DNA from: an uncultured beta proteobacterium
Lineage (GTDB): Bacteria; Pseudomonadota; Gammaproteobacteria; Burkholderiales; Burkholderiaceae_B
Assembly (NCBI GenBank): GCA_963712655.1
Contig: CAVQIT010000002.1
Location: 123,934 to 187,933, forward strand
Direction: 5' to 3'
Length of the DNA: 64,000 bases
A program made the position numbers and the translations under genes. Shown here piece after piece: positions 1 through 13,875 of this stretch (position 1 is its first letter; each line of letters begins with the position of its first letter). The notes below the pieces were generated by a model. It searched no databases and was not told the origin of the DNA. It worked only from the letters and a program-made list of their open reading frames with translations.

Positions 1-156
1 CACCCGCAAGGTAAGGGTCAGGAAGTAAAAGGCCACCGCATAGCCCGCTACTGTTATAAGGGAAGGGTAGAGCCGCGTGAAGCTCTCCGATGCTTTCAGC
101 GCCGTGGTGGCGATGACTTCGGCGGTAATTGCTATAGCAAGATATAACCAGCTCAT
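1..156 (-). CDS. Small multidrug resistance (SMR/EmrE-QacE family) transporter, runs off window edge
   Basis: Hand translation from ATG 156: [32 protein letters not shown]..., TM1 motif with conserved membrane Glu; not in the ORF track. Confidence 0.9.
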   Translation of the reverse strand, partial: MSWLYLAIAITAEVIATTALKASESFTRLYPSLITVAGYAVAFYFLTLTLRV

Positions 157-203
157 TTGTGCCTTTTCAGTAGGTTGTGGCCGGAGTCCGGACGCGATTC
201 CGC

Positions 204-2112
<1,909 letters not shown>

Positions 2113-2114
2113 CT

Positions 2115-4474
2115 ATGGCTAGATTACCTGCTACCTCCCCACGCTCTTCGCGCAACGTGCGCAATGGGCCTTCTCCCTTGCAGTCCCGGCTGTCAGGTTT
2201 GCTGCGCGAAGCGCGCTGGATCGTTTTTGCGGCTTTGGCGGTATGGCTGGGCCTGGTCCTGGGCAGTTGGGATCCTGCCGATCCCGCCTGGTCGCATTCC
2301 GTGCACGCCGCCGCCACCCTGAACCGGGGGGGGACGCTGGGCGCGTATATTTCAGATTTGCTGCTTTTCCTGTTTGGCTATTCGGCATGGCTGTGGGTTG
2401 TGCTCCTGGCTCAGCGGGTCGCAGTCGGCTTTTATCGACTTACCAACGTTTTGCTGCCCAAGTCCCAACCCGAAGCGCTTCCGCGCGTCCATTGGGAAGT
2501 CGGCCTGGGATTCGTCCTGATGTTCCTCGGCGCCATGGGCATCGAAGCGCTGCAGCTGAAACAATTCGGCGCCGATCTGCCGGCGGGGGCCGGCGGCCAG
2601 TTGGGCAAGCTACTGGCGCAGTTGATGTCGGCATCGTTGGGAACCACCGGCTGCACATTGCTGTTGCTGGTATTCGTCGCAGTGGGGGCCAGCCTTTTCT
2701 TTGGCTTTTCCTGGCTGCATTTGGCCGAACGGGTAGGTTCCTTTATTGAAAAAACCGTGCATCGGCTGTTCGAGCTTAAAGCCGCGCGCGAAGACCGCAG
2801 GGTAGGCGAAGCCAAAAAGGCCGAGCGCGATGAAATCGTGGTGGCCAAGCAAGAGCAGCTTGTGCACGAGCAGCCTGTGCGTATCGAGCCGGCCATCACT
2901 TCCGTGCCCAAATCGGTGCGGGCCGAAAAAGAAAAGCAGAAAGCATTGTTTACCGCGCCCGCCGAGGCTGGCGCGTCGGGCGATTTGCCTGCCATCAGCC
3001 TGCTGGACATGCCGGTCGAGCATCCCGAAACCGTGTCGCCGGAAACCATAGAATTCACCTCGCGGCTCATCGAGAAAAAGCTTTCCGATTTCGGGGTCAA
3101 GGCCGTGGTCGTATCGGCGCAAGCCGGTCCGGTGATTACGCGCTACGAAATCGAGCCGGCCACAGGCGTAAAAGGCAGCCAGATCGTCAATTTGGCCAAA
3201 GACCTGGCGCGCGCCTTGAGCCTGGTCAGTATCCGGGTGGTCGAAACCATACCCGGCAAAAACCTGATGGGACTGGAATTGCCCAATGCCAAGCGGCAAA
3301 TGGTTCAGCTTTCGGAAATCCTCGGTTCGCAGACCTACCACGCCGGCGCGTCCATGCTTACCATGGCGCTGGGCAAAGACATCGCCGGCAATCCGGTAGT
3401 GGCCGATCTGGCCAAGATGCCCCATTTGCTGGTGGCCGGGACTACCGGTTCCGGCAAGTCGGTCGGTATCAACGCCATGATTCTTTCCTTGCTGTACAAG
3501 GCCGACGCAACGCAGGTGCGCCTGATCCTGATCGATCCGAAAATGCTCGAAATGAGCGTCTACGAAGGGATTCCCCATTTGCTGGCGCCCGGTGGTGACC
3601 GATATGCGGCACGCCGCCAATGCCTGAACTGGTGCGTGGGCGAAATGGAAAAGCGTTATCGCCTGATGAGCAAAATGGGGGTGCGCAACCTGGCCGGCTA
3701 CAACGTCAAGATACGCGAAGCCATAAAGCGCGAAGAACCCATCCCCAATCCGTTCTCGCTTACGCCCGATGCGCCGGAACCGCTTGTCCACCCTGCCCAT
3801 GATCGTGGTCGTCATCGACGAACTTGCCGATTTGATGATGGTGGTTGGCAAGAAGATCGAAGAGCTCATCGCCCGCCTGGCGCAGAAGGCCCGCGCGGCC
3901 GGCATCCACCTGATACTGGCGACCCAGCGTCCAAGCGTGGATGTCATTACCGGCCTGATCAAGGCCAATATTCCCACCCGCATTTCTTTCCAGGTGTCCT
4001 CGAAAATCGACTCCCGCACCATTCTGGACCAGATGGGCGCGGAAGCCTTGCTGGGGCAGGGCGATATGCTGTATTTGCCGCCCGGCTCGGGCTTTCCCAC
4101 CCGGGTGCATGGCGCGTTCGTGCACGACGACGAAGTCCACCGCGTGGTCGAGTCCCTTAAAGCAGCAAGGCGAGCCCAACTATATCGAAGGCTTGCTTGA
4201 AGGCGCGCTCGAGGGCGAAACCGGTGATGGCGTGGGCAGCGTAACAGGCTTTGCGGACGCCGAATCCGATCCTCTGTACGACCAGGCGGTCGAAGTCATC
4301 CTGAAAAACCGGCGAGCCTCGATTTCGTCGGTGCAGCGCCACTTGCGCATTGGCTATAACCGGGCCGCCCGCTTGCTGGAGCAAATGGAACAGGCCGGCC
4401 TGGTATCCGCCATGCAGTCCAATGGCAATCGCGAAATTCTGTCTCCAGCGGGGAATACATCCAATGACGATTAA
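2115..4474 (+). CDS. ftsK: DNA translocase FtsK (four apparent single-base indels near 3589, 3623, 3785, 4160)
   Basis: N-terminal TM domain, GTTGSGKS Walker [12 protein letters not shown] Walker B and LATQRP in ORF 3769-4200, gamma domain [19 protein letters not shown] in ORF 4109-4474. Confidence 0.93.
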
Positions 4475-4509
4475 ACAGCTCAGGACGGCTTCCTTCTGGA
4501 AGGGCCGGT

Positions 4510-5155
4510 ATGTGCCGCTGGCGGGCGCTTTGCGCGGCGCCAGGCGGGTGTTTACTGGCCGCGCTATTGGCGGCCAGCCCTTTAGCGGCATGGTCGGCCG
4601 ATGCGCCCGGCGCAACTGCGCGATTTTGCCGCCAAGGTCGATTCGGGCACGGGCCGGTTCAGCCAGCAAACTGTCGACGCTCAGGGTGGCGGCAAGCGTC
4701 CCCAGTCGGGCGAATTCTCGTTTCGGCGTCCGGGCCAATTCAAGTGGGCCGTAAAAAAGCCTTACGAACAGTTGATCATATCCGATGGCAAGCTGGTGTA
4801 TCAGTACGACCCCGATCTGGCGCAGGTCACCGAGCGCAAGGTGGATCAGTCCATCGGGGCGTCGCCCGCCGCCATACTGTTCGGGTCGGGCTCGCTGGAC
4901 GACGCTTTTTCGATAGCATCTTTGCCCGGCAAGGACGGACTGGACTGGCTGCGCGCCACGCCGCGCAGTGCCGATGCCGGCTTTACTTATGTGGATATTG
5001 GGTTTCAGCGGAGCATGCCCGCGCGGCTTGAGTTGCTGGATTCCTTTGGCCAAACAACGCGTATCGATTTAAGCGATATCGTGGCCAATCCCAAATTGGC
5101 ATCGGATGAATTCCAGTTTGTGCCGCCCAAGGGTGTCGATATCGTCAAAATGTAG
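4510..5155 (+). CDS. lolA: Outer-membrane lipoprotein chaperone LolA (frameshift near 4607; alternative start 4464)
   Basis: Signal peptide [16 protein letters not shown] in one frame; mature part GRFSQ...FRRPGQFKW...YDPDLAQVT...DSFGQTT in ORF 4601-5155; lies between ftsK and rarA. Confidence 0.9.
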
Positions 5156-5247
5156 CGGCATGGACTCATTCCAGTGTCTGCATCGGACGACGGCGCCAGA
5201 TGGTCCGTTACCCGATATCGACACGGTCTGCCTTCGGATAATTTTTC

Positions 5248-6639
5248 ATGATGAGTTCCCAGGATCTATTCACTTCTTCGGCTGGCGCCCGCGCTTATGC
5301 GCCGTTGGCCGAACGCATGCGCCCCCGGACTCTGGACGAGGTCGTGGGGCAGGGCCATTTGCTGGGTCCGGGCAAGCCTTTGCGCGTGGCGTTTGAGTCC
5401 GGCCGTCCGCATTCCATGATTTTCTGGGGACCGCCGGGCGTGGGCAAGACCACGCTGGCACGCTTGATGGCCGCCGGATTCGATGCCCAGTTCTTGGCCA
5501 TGTCGGCGGTGCTGGGCGGTGTAAAAGACATCCGCGAGGCGGTCGTTTCGGCCCAAGTGGCGCAAGGGCAAGGCCGGCGCACCATTTTGTTTGTCGACGA
5601 GGTGCATCGCTTCAACAAGGCCCAGCAGGATGCTTTCCTGCCCTATGTGGAAAGCGGCTTGTTTACTTTTATTGGCGCGACCACCGAAAATCCTTCTTTC
5701 GAAGTCAATTCGGCGCTGCTCTCGCGCGCTCGCGTGTATGTCCTGCAATCCTTGTCGGTTGAGGAACTGCAGCAGTTGATCGATCGCGCCATTGCCATTC
5801 TGAATCAGGACGCAAGACCCGACAACGCTGAAGACGGGCCGGAAACCGGCGCCGGCGATGTCGTCCAGGCGCTGCAATTCGACCCCGCCGCCCGCGAACA
5901 ATTGGCGCGCTGGGCCGATGGCGATGCGCGGCGGGTCATTAACGCGATGGAGGTTGTGGCCGAGTCGGCGCGCAGCGCCGGACGCAATCTTGTCGATGCC
6001 GCCTGGCTTGAAACGTCGCTGTCGCAAGACTTGCGGCGTTTCGATAAAGGCGGCGACGCGTTCTACGATCAGATCAGCGCTTTGCATAAGTCGGTGCGCG
6101 GTTCGGATCCGGACGCCTCCTTATATTGGTTTGTCCGCATGCTCGATGGCGGTGCGGACCCGCGTTATCTATCGCGCCGCATCGTGCGCATGGCTATTGA
6201 AGACATAGGTTTGGCCGACCCCCGGGCGACCGAACTTGCCTTGAACGGCGCCGATATCTATGAGCGACTGGGCTCGCCGGAGGGCGAACTGGCCCTGGCC
6301 CAGGCGGTTGTGTACATGGCTTGCGCCGCCAAATCGAATGCGGTGTACAACGCCTACAATGCGGCTCGCCGCTATGTGCAAGAACATGGCAGCGAGCCGG
6401 TTCCCATGCACCTGCGCAATGCCCCTACCAAGCTGATGAAAGAGTTGGGGCATGGCGGGGCCTACCGTTATGCGCACGACGAGCCTCATGGCTACGCGGC
6501 TGGCGAAAATTATTTCCCCGACGGTGTGCGGGCCCGTTTCTACACGCCGACCGATCGCGGCCTTGAGGGTAAAATCTCGGAGAAACTGGCTTTCCTGAAA
6601 ACGCTGGACAAGCAAAGCAAGCCGGGCGGCGGCAGGTAA
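5248..6639 (+). CDS. rarA: Replication-associated recombination protein A (AAA+ ATPase)
   Basis: PLAERMRP, GPPGVGKT, FVDEVHRFNKAQQD, ISALHKSVRGSDPD, HLRNAPT. Confidence 0.96.
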   Translation: MMSSQDLFTSSAGARAYAPLAERMRPRTLDEVVGQGHLLGPGKPLRVAFESGRPHSMIFWGPPGVGKTTLARLMAAGFDAQFLAMSAVLGGVKDIREAVVSAQVAQGQGRRTILFVDEVHRFNKAQQDAFLPYVESGLFTFIGATTENPSFEVNSALLSRARVYVLQSLSVEELQQLIDRAIAILNQDARPDNAEDGPETGAGDVVQALQFDPAAREQLARWADGDARRVINAMEVVAESARSAGRNLVDAAWLETSLSQDLRRFDKGGDAFYDQISALHKSVRGSDPDASLYWFVRMLDGGADPRYLSRRIVRMAIEDIGLADPRATELALNGADIYERLGSPEGELALAQAVVYMACAAKSNAVYNAYNAARRYVQEHGSEPVPMHLRNAPTKLMKELGHGGAYRYAHDEPHGYAAGENYFPDGVRARFYTPTDRGLEGKISEKLAFLKTLDKQSKPGGGR

Positions 6640-8061
<1,422 letters not shown>

Positions 8062-8069
8062 CATAGGCT

Positions 8070-8109
8070 GCAGCCCGGATTACGCGCCTTTGGCGCCGAT
8101 CCGGGCTGC
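8070..8109. repeat. REP-like 40-bp palindrome, copy 2 (may also act as terminator between convergent genes)
   Basis: gcagcccggat-tacgcgcctttggcgccg-atccgggctgc, perfect 11-bp stem. Confidence 0.75.
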
Positions 8110-8150
8110 TTCGTGGGCGCAGTCATCGCCCACAGGGAATATCCGGTTGA

Positions 8151-8456
8151 TTAACGTCCGTGCCCGCGCCAGTTATGGTCGTTTCCGCGCCGGTAATGCT
8201 TGCTGTCATGCCGGCCATCTCGATAGCCTTCGCGGTAAGCACGCGGCGCGACTCGCGCGGGCCGGTAGTAGCGGTGCTTGGGCACTACTATTACGCGTGG
8301 ACGCTCGACATACCGGACAGGCGGATAGTAATAATCGGGCGTGCTGTAGACGATGCCCGGTACCCCGATGGAAATGTCCAGGTTGACGCGTGCCATCGCG
8401 GCTGTCGAGCCCATCATGGCCAAGACCGCGGCCCCAGCTAATAACAGTCGTTTCAT
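8151..8456 (-). CDS. Small exported Pro/Tyr/Arg/His-rich hypothetical protein
   Basis: Sec signal MKRLLLAGAAVLAMMGSTAAMA, then VNLDISIGVPG and a low-complexity tail; AAGAAGG RBS. Confidence 0.75.
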   Translation of the reverse strand: MKRLLLAGAAVLAMMGSTAAMARVNLDISIGVPGIVYSTPDYYYPPVRYVERPRVIVVPKHRYYRPARVAPRAYREGYRDGRHDSKHYRRGNDHNWRGHGR

Positions 8457-8610
8457 GTCGGCACCTTCTTGTTGATTCGATGGGCCTATTGTCTCCGGCT
8501 TCCGGTTTCATAACTGTTAGCAGCCACCGTTAATGTGCGTCAAAATGCAACGCCGCGGCGTGGAATGGTAGTGTCCCTTACGTTTCATAACGTCTGGCGC
8601 CACGCCGGGG

Positions 8611-10731
8611 TCAGACTTCGAAGTGGGCGATTTTCGAGTGTATTGGGCGCGGCCGACGCTCGGCGGTGCTCGACAGCATGTTCGCGGCGGTCTGCTGCAG
8701 ATGCATCCAGTCCACCAGTTTTCCATCGGGCGCATAGCCGTCGACAAGTTCCAGGAATAATTCGCGTATGCGCAGGTAATTGTCGTACTGGACCGCATTG
8801 CCGAGGTCGGCCAATGCCAGCCTGAGCTGATCCCATTCTATTGATTTCTCGCTGGCGCGCATGATCATGGGATGGTCGGTCGGGCTTGCGTTGTCGCCGA
8901 TCAGCAACTCTTCGTACAGCTTCTCGCCGGGCCGCAAGCCTATAAACTCAATAGCGATATCTCCGTCGGGATCCTGGGCGCTGCGCACGCTCAAGCCTGA
9001 AAGCAATATCATTTTCCTGGCCAGGTCGGCGACTTTTATTGGCCGGCCCATATCCAGCACGAACACATCGCCGCCTTGTCCCATCGCACCCGCTTGAATC
9101 ACCAGTTGCGCGGCTTCAGGTATGGTCATGAAGTAGCGGGTGATCTCCGGATGGGTGACCGTGACGGGGCCTCCGGCGCGGATTTGTTGCCGAAATAGCG
9201 GAATCACCGAACCCGACGAACCCAGCACATTGCCAAAGCGGACCATGGTGTAGCGGGTCCGATTCGGTATGGGCGTTTCGCCTGGGTCGCCGTACGGACA
9301 GGGCATGGACTCGCAAGCCAGGGCCTGCAGCACCAGCTCGGCCAGGCGCTTGGTGCCGCCCATGATATTCGTTGGACGAACGGCTTTGTCGGTCGAAATC
9401 AGCACAAAATTGGCGACTCCGGCCCGGAGAGCGGCCTGGGCGGAATACAAGGTGCCGAAAATATTGTTGATGACACCCTCGGCAACATTGCGCTCCACCA
9501 TCGGTACGTGCTTATATGCCGCGGCATGGTAGACGGTGTCGACTTTCCACATGGACATTACATCAAACAGGCGTTCCTGGTTGCGCACTGAACTGAGCAC
9601 CGGCACGACGCGTACATCCATGCGGGCATAGGATATGAACGCTTCGAGTTCGCTTTGTATGCTGTATAGGTTGAATTCGCTCTGTTCAAACAGTATTAGC
9701 GTATGCGGTTCGCTATGCACGATCTGGCGGCACAGTTCGGCGCCTATCGAGCCGCCCGCGCCAGTCACCATTACCACCTGGCCGCGTATGCAGCGTTCGA
9801 ATAGTTGTCTATCCGGCTGCACGGAATCCCGCCCCAGTAAATCCGAGATGTCGACTTCGCGCAGATCCTGGACTTCGACCCGGCCGCTGGCCAGGTCCAT
9901 GAAGCCCGGGATGGTGCGCACGCTGAACGGATACGGCGCCAGAAGATTGACGATTTCCGCGCGCCGGACGCGCGAGGCCGAAGGGATGGCCAACAGTACC
10001 TCTTGCGCTTTTTTTTCTTTGATCAGGCGGACCAGATCATGCGGCCCATATACCGGCAAACCAGCCATGATGCGGCCGGAAAGTTCCAGGTTATCGTCGA
10101 TGAACGCCACAGGGTGCCGGCCATTGTCAAGGCGCAAGGCCATCAATAACTGATTGCCGGCGTCGCCCGCGCCATAAATCGCCACGCGCATTTTCGCATC
10201 GCAGCCTGGGTTCTTATGAACAAATGAATTGTCGCGCAAATTAAATGGCACGCCGCGAAAGTATTGCCTCATGGCAATGCGCAGACCGGCGATGAACAGC
10301 AGGCTGAGCAGCCAGTAAATAATCACCACGGAGCGTGGAATCATGGCGGGCGGCTGGGAATAAAGGAAAATGGCGAATGCAAGCAAAACCGCCGACACGC
10401 TTATGGCCAGGGCGACCGTGGCCAATGCCTGGTAGCCCACGTAGCGCATGATGGCCCGGTAGAGGCCGAACCGCGCCAGCACGGGCAGGGCCAGCAGCGG
10501 CGCCGCGGCAAACAGCCAGGCGTGCCCGCCCAAGGGCTTGATGGCGCCGGCGCTGTCGAGCCGCAGAAAAAATGCCAGCCATAGAGCCAGCCAGATCAGG
10601 CAGGTATCGGCGATGATCTGCAACAAGCGTTTTCGCCAGCGCGGCAGGCCAAGAAGCCGTCGGCGCAAGCTGGGATTGTTTCGCGAGGCGGCCGGCTCCA
10701 TGGACTTACGGCTGGTAGTGATGTTGTCCAT
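8611..10731 (-). CDS. Membrane-bound UDP-GlcNAc 4,6-dehydratase (CapD/WbpM/PglF family)
   Basis: Four N-terminal TM helices, IYGAGDAG, TGAGGSIG, HAAAYKHVP, ISTDKAV, RFGNVLGSSGSV, GLRPGEKLYEEL; GGAGG RBS. Confidence 0.93.
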   Translation of the reverse strand: MDNITTSRKSMEPAASRNNPSLRRRLLGLPRWRKRLLQIIADTCLIWLALWLAFFLRLDSAGAIKPLGGHAWLFAAAPLLALPVLARFGLYRAIMRYVGYQALATVALAISVSAVLLAFAIFLYSQPPAMIPRSVVIIYWLLSLLFIAGLRIAMRQYFRGVPFNLRDNSFVHKNPGCDAKMRVAIYGAGDAGNQLLMALRLDNGRHPVAFIDDNLELSGRIMAGLPVYGPHDLVRLIKEKKAQEVLLAIPSASRVRRAEIVNLLAPYPFSVRTIPGFMDLASGRVEVQDLREVDISDLLGRDSVQPDRQLFERCIRGQVVMVTGAGGSIGAELCRQIVHSEPHTLILFEQSEFNLYSIQSELEAFISYARMDVRVVPVLSSVRNQERLFDVMSMWKVDTVYHAAAYKHVPMVERNVAEGVINNIFGTLYSAQAALRAGVANFVLISTDKAVRPTNIMGGTKRLAELVLQALACESMPCPYGDPGETPIPNRTRYTMVRFGNVLGSSGSVIPLFRQQIRAGGPVTVTHPEITRYFMTIPEAAQLVIQAGAMGQGGDVFVLDMGRPIKVADLARKMILLSGLSVRSAQDPDGDIAIEFIGLRPGEKLYEELLIGDNASPTDHPMIMRASEKSIEWDQLRLALADLGNAVQYDNYLRIRELFLELVDGYAPDGKLVDWMHLQQTAANMLSSTAERRPRPIHSKIAHFEV

Positions 10732-10985
10732 CGGTTTGCCTGGTCCTCCCGCGGCGTTATGGCTTCTGGTGTCTATTTTTTTGCATCTCGTGTGTGGAGA
10801 CGCTGTTGACACAAGAATCATAAGCAGCATGGACCGGCTCAAACATACGTTATATGGTGTAGGCCGTTGTCCGCGTTAAGGCCTAAGTCATACGGACAGT
10901 CCAGCCTAAGCCGTACGCCAGATGCCGGCGCATATTGTTCATCTCTATGATGCATTCCATGGCCCTTGGCTTTGGAGATGAATGT

Positions 10986-12353
10986 ATGCGGGTGACTGTT
11001 ATTGGTAGCGGATATGTTGGCCTCGTGACAGGCGCCTGCTTGGCGGACATGGGCAATGACGTGCTTTGCCTGGATGTCGATCGCGCGAAAATCGCGCTGC
11101 TTCAGGCCGGCGGGATATGTATTTACGAGCCGGGACTCGACGTCATCATCAAGAAAAACGTCGAGGCTGGACGCTTGGGTTTCACGACCGATGTGAAGCG
11201 CGCCGTGGAGTTCGGCACCTTGCAGCTGATCGCCGTGGGAACGCCCGCGGACGAAGACGGCTCGGCGGATCTTCAATACGTGCTGGGCGCGGCCAGAAAT
11301 ATAGGCCGGCACATGAACGACTACAAAATCGTTGTCGATAAAAGCACCGTGCCGGTCGGCACGGCCGACAAGGTGAATGCCGTCATCCTTGCCGAACTGG
11401 AGCGCCGCAACGTCGATATAGAGTTCAGCGTTGTGTCGAACCCCGAGTTTCTCAAGGAGGGCGTCGCCATCGATGATTTCATGCGCCCCGACCGGATTGT
11501 CATAGGCTCGGACGACGAGAAAGCCATCCATATTATGCGCACGCTCTATGCGCCATTCCAGCGCAAGCATGACCGCTTCCTGGTCATGGATGCGCGATCC
11601 GCCGAGTTGACGAAATATGCGGCCAACGCCATGCTGGCGACTCGCATTTCATTCATGAATGAATTGGCCTTGCTGTCGGAAAAACTGGGCACGGATATCG
11701 AACTGGTGCGGCAAGGCCTGGGGTCCGATCTCAGGATTGGATGGCATTTTCTTTACCCGGGCTGCGGATATGGCGGATCGTGCTTTCCCAAGGACATTCA
11801 GGCGCTGCTGCGCGCGGCAGCGGATGCCGGCGAAGAATTAAAAGTTCTGGCGGCGGTTCAAGAGGCCAACGAGAGGCAGAAATCCGTCCTGGTCGATAAG
11901 GTGGTCGCCCGTTTCGGCGAAGATCTGACGGGCCGGCAGTTTGCACTATGGGGGCTTGCGTTCAAGCCCGAGACCGATGATATGCGCGAAGCTCCGAGCC
12001 TGATCGTCATCAGGGAGCTTTTGCGATTGGGCGCATTTGTCGTCGCCTATGACCCGGCGGCCATCGATGAGGCAAAGCGCATATTCGGCTCCGGCAACAT
12101 TCGGCTGCGCTATGCGGAGCAGCCTTTAGCCGCGCTTGACGATTCCGATGCATTGATTATCGTCACGGAATGGAAGGAATTCCGGAGTCCCGATTTCAAG
12201 GCCATCAAGTCGCGCTTGAGAGCGCCGGTAATCTTCGATGGACGAAATATATTCGACCTCAACGATGAAGGTCTTAAAGGGATTGAATACTTTGGCATTG
12301 GCAGGGCTTCGGGTGTGACCGAACTGACTTTCGAGAGAGTGGAGCAATGCTGA
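10986..12353 (+). CDS. ugd: UDP-glucose/UDP-hexose 6-dehydrogenase
   Basis: [47 protein letters not shown]. Confidence 0.9.
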   Translation: MRVTVIGSGYVGLVTGACLADMGNDVLCLDVDRAKIALLQAGGICIYEPGLDVIIKKNVEAGRLGFTTDVKRAVEFGTLQLIAVGTPADEDGSADLQYVLGAARNIGRHMNDYKIVVDKSTVPVGTADKVNAVILAELERRNVDIEFSVVSNPEFLKEGVAIDDFMRPDRIVIGSDDEKAIHIMRTLYAPFQRKHDRFLVMDARSAELTKYAANAMLATRISFMNELALLSEKLGTDIELVRQGLGSDLRIGWHFLYPGCGYGGSCFPKDIQALLRAAADAGEELKVLAAVQEANERQKSVLVDKVVARFGEDLTGRQFALWGLAFKPETDDMREAPSLIVIRELLRLGAFVVAYDPAAIDEAKRIFGSGNIRLRYAEQPLAALDDSDALIIVTEWKEFRSPDFKAIKSRLRAPVIFDGRNIFDLNDEGLKGIEYFGIGRASGVTELTFERVEQC

Positions 12354-13405
12354 AAGTCGCTCTGGTGGGCTGTGGCCGCATCGCCAAGCGGCATGCCGAT
12401 TTACTCGGCAATAAGCAAATTCCGGGAGCCGAGCTTGTGGCGGTGTGCGACATTGTCGAAGACCGGGCGGCAAGTGTCGCGGAACAGTTCAATGTGCCGG
12501 GGTTTATTGATATGCACAGGATGATGCGCGATGTGGATATCGATATCGTCGCGGTTCTTACCGAAAGCGGCCATCACGCAAAACATGTCAAGGAACTAGC
12601 GCCCTACGGCAAGCACATTATCGTCGAAAAGCCCATGGCGCTTACGCTGGACGATGCCGATGCAATGATCCGCGCCTGCGAGCGGGCCAGGATCAAGCTG
12701 TTTGTCGTCAAGCAAAACCGTTTTAACGTGCCTGTGGTGAAACTTCGCGAGGCGCTCGAACGCGGCCGCTTCGGCAAGCTGGTGATGGGCACCGTGCGCG
12801 TGCGCTGGTGCCGGCCCCAGGCCTATTACGATCAGGATGCCTGGCGCGGCACCTGGGCGCTCGATGGCGGCGTCCTGACCAACCAGGCCAGCCATCATGT
12901 CGATTTGCTTGAATGGATGATGGGCGAGGTCGATAGCGTTGTCGCGATGAGCAGTACCGCTTTGGCGCATATTGAAGCCGAGGACACCGCCGTGGTGATT
13001 CTGCATTTTCGCAATGGCGCATTGGGTTGCATCGAGGCGACTACCGCGGTGAGGCCCAGCGATCTCGAAGGGTCGATTTCTATTCTGGGCGAGAAAGGGT
13101 CGGTGGAAATCGGCGGATTTGCGGTCAACGAGATGAAGGTATGGAGATTCGTCGAGCCGGAGCCCGACGATGATGCCGTGATGGATAAGTATTCAGTGAA
13201 CCCGCCCACGGTATATGGGTTTGGCCACCAGGCTTACTACTGCCATGTCGTCGACTGCATAGCGAATCATAAGCAGCATCTGGTAGATGGCCTGGAAGGG
13301 CGCAAAAGCCTTGAGCTGATCAATGCGATTTATGAATCCATTGAAACCGGGCGGGAAGTAAAGCTGCATTTTCGTCCCAAGTATTCCAAGCTGGGGACCA
13401 GTTAG
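12347..13405 (+). CDS. Gfo/Idh/MocA oxidoreductase, WlbA/WbpB-like nucleotide-sugar 3-dehydrogenase
   Basis: [38 protein letters not shown]. Confidence 0.85.
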   Translation: MLKVALVGCGRIAKRHADLLGNKQIPGAELVAVCDIVEDRAASVAEQFNVPGFIDMHRMMRDVDIDIVAVLTESGHHAKHVKELAPYGKHIIVEKPMALTLDDADAMIRACERARIKLFVVKQNRFNVPVVKLREALERGRFGKLVMGTVRVRWCRPQAYYDQDAWRGTWALDGGVLTNQASHHVDLLEWMMGEVDSVVAMSSTALAHIEAEDTAVVILHFRNGALGCIEATTAVRPSDLEGSISILGEKGSVEIGGFAVNEMKVWRFVEPEPDDDAVMDKYSVNPPTVYGFGHQAYYCHVVDCIANHKQHLVDGLEGRKSLELINAIYESIETGREVKLHFRPKYSKLGTS

Positions 13406-13875
13406 TGGCTGCCCCGATCATAAAAAAAATCTCCCTGAAAAACGCCAGATTCGGAGTAGGGGTGACGTTGGTGCAGCCGGTGAATATATACGGCTGCGTC
13501 CTGGGAAACGATGTCTTTGTCGGCCCGTTCGTCGAAATCCAGGAAGGGTCCAGCATAGGCAATCGCACGCGAGTGCAGTCGCACGCTTTTATCTGCGGGC
13601 TTGTCGATATCGGGGAGGATTGTTTTATTTCCCATGGGGCAAAGTTTGTGAATGATCTGTTTGGCAATGGCGGTCCGGCGCGCGGCAACAAGGCGCTTTG
13701 GATGTCCACTACGGTGGGCGACAGGGTGTCTATCGGCACCAACGCGACCATACTGCCGGTTTCCATTTGCAGCGACGTGGTGATCGGCGCCGGCTCGGTC
13801 GTGACGCGCAACATAACCGAGCCGGGCATATACGCCGGCAATCCGGCTAGAAAAATAAGAGAGATCCATGGTTAA
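13405..13875 (+). CDS. Hexapeptide-repeat N-acetyltransferase, WlbB/WbpD-like
   Basis: Left-handed beta-helix repeats, IGTNATILP, IGAGSVVT, AGNPAR; GTG start coupled to upstream stop. Confidence 0.85.
   Translation: MAAPIIKKISLKNARFGVGVTLVQPVNIYGCVLGNDVFVGPFVEIQEGSSIGNRTRVQSHAFICGLVDIGEDCFISHGAKFVNDLFGNGGPARGNKALWMSTTVGDRVSIGTNATILPVSICSDVVIGAGSVVTRNITEPGIYAGNPARKIREIHG

Noticed and set aside
2610-4100. Long antisense/overlapping ORFs (e.g. 2610-4100, 49754-51223, 16226-17224, 27655-28644, 59710-60687)
   Set aside because: Shadow frames of GC-rich genes with no recognisable motifs
2115-5155. ftsK and lolA as pseudogenes or programmed frameshifts
   Set aside because: Essential genes, all domains intact once single bases are corrected, no slippery heptamers; error is more parsimonious
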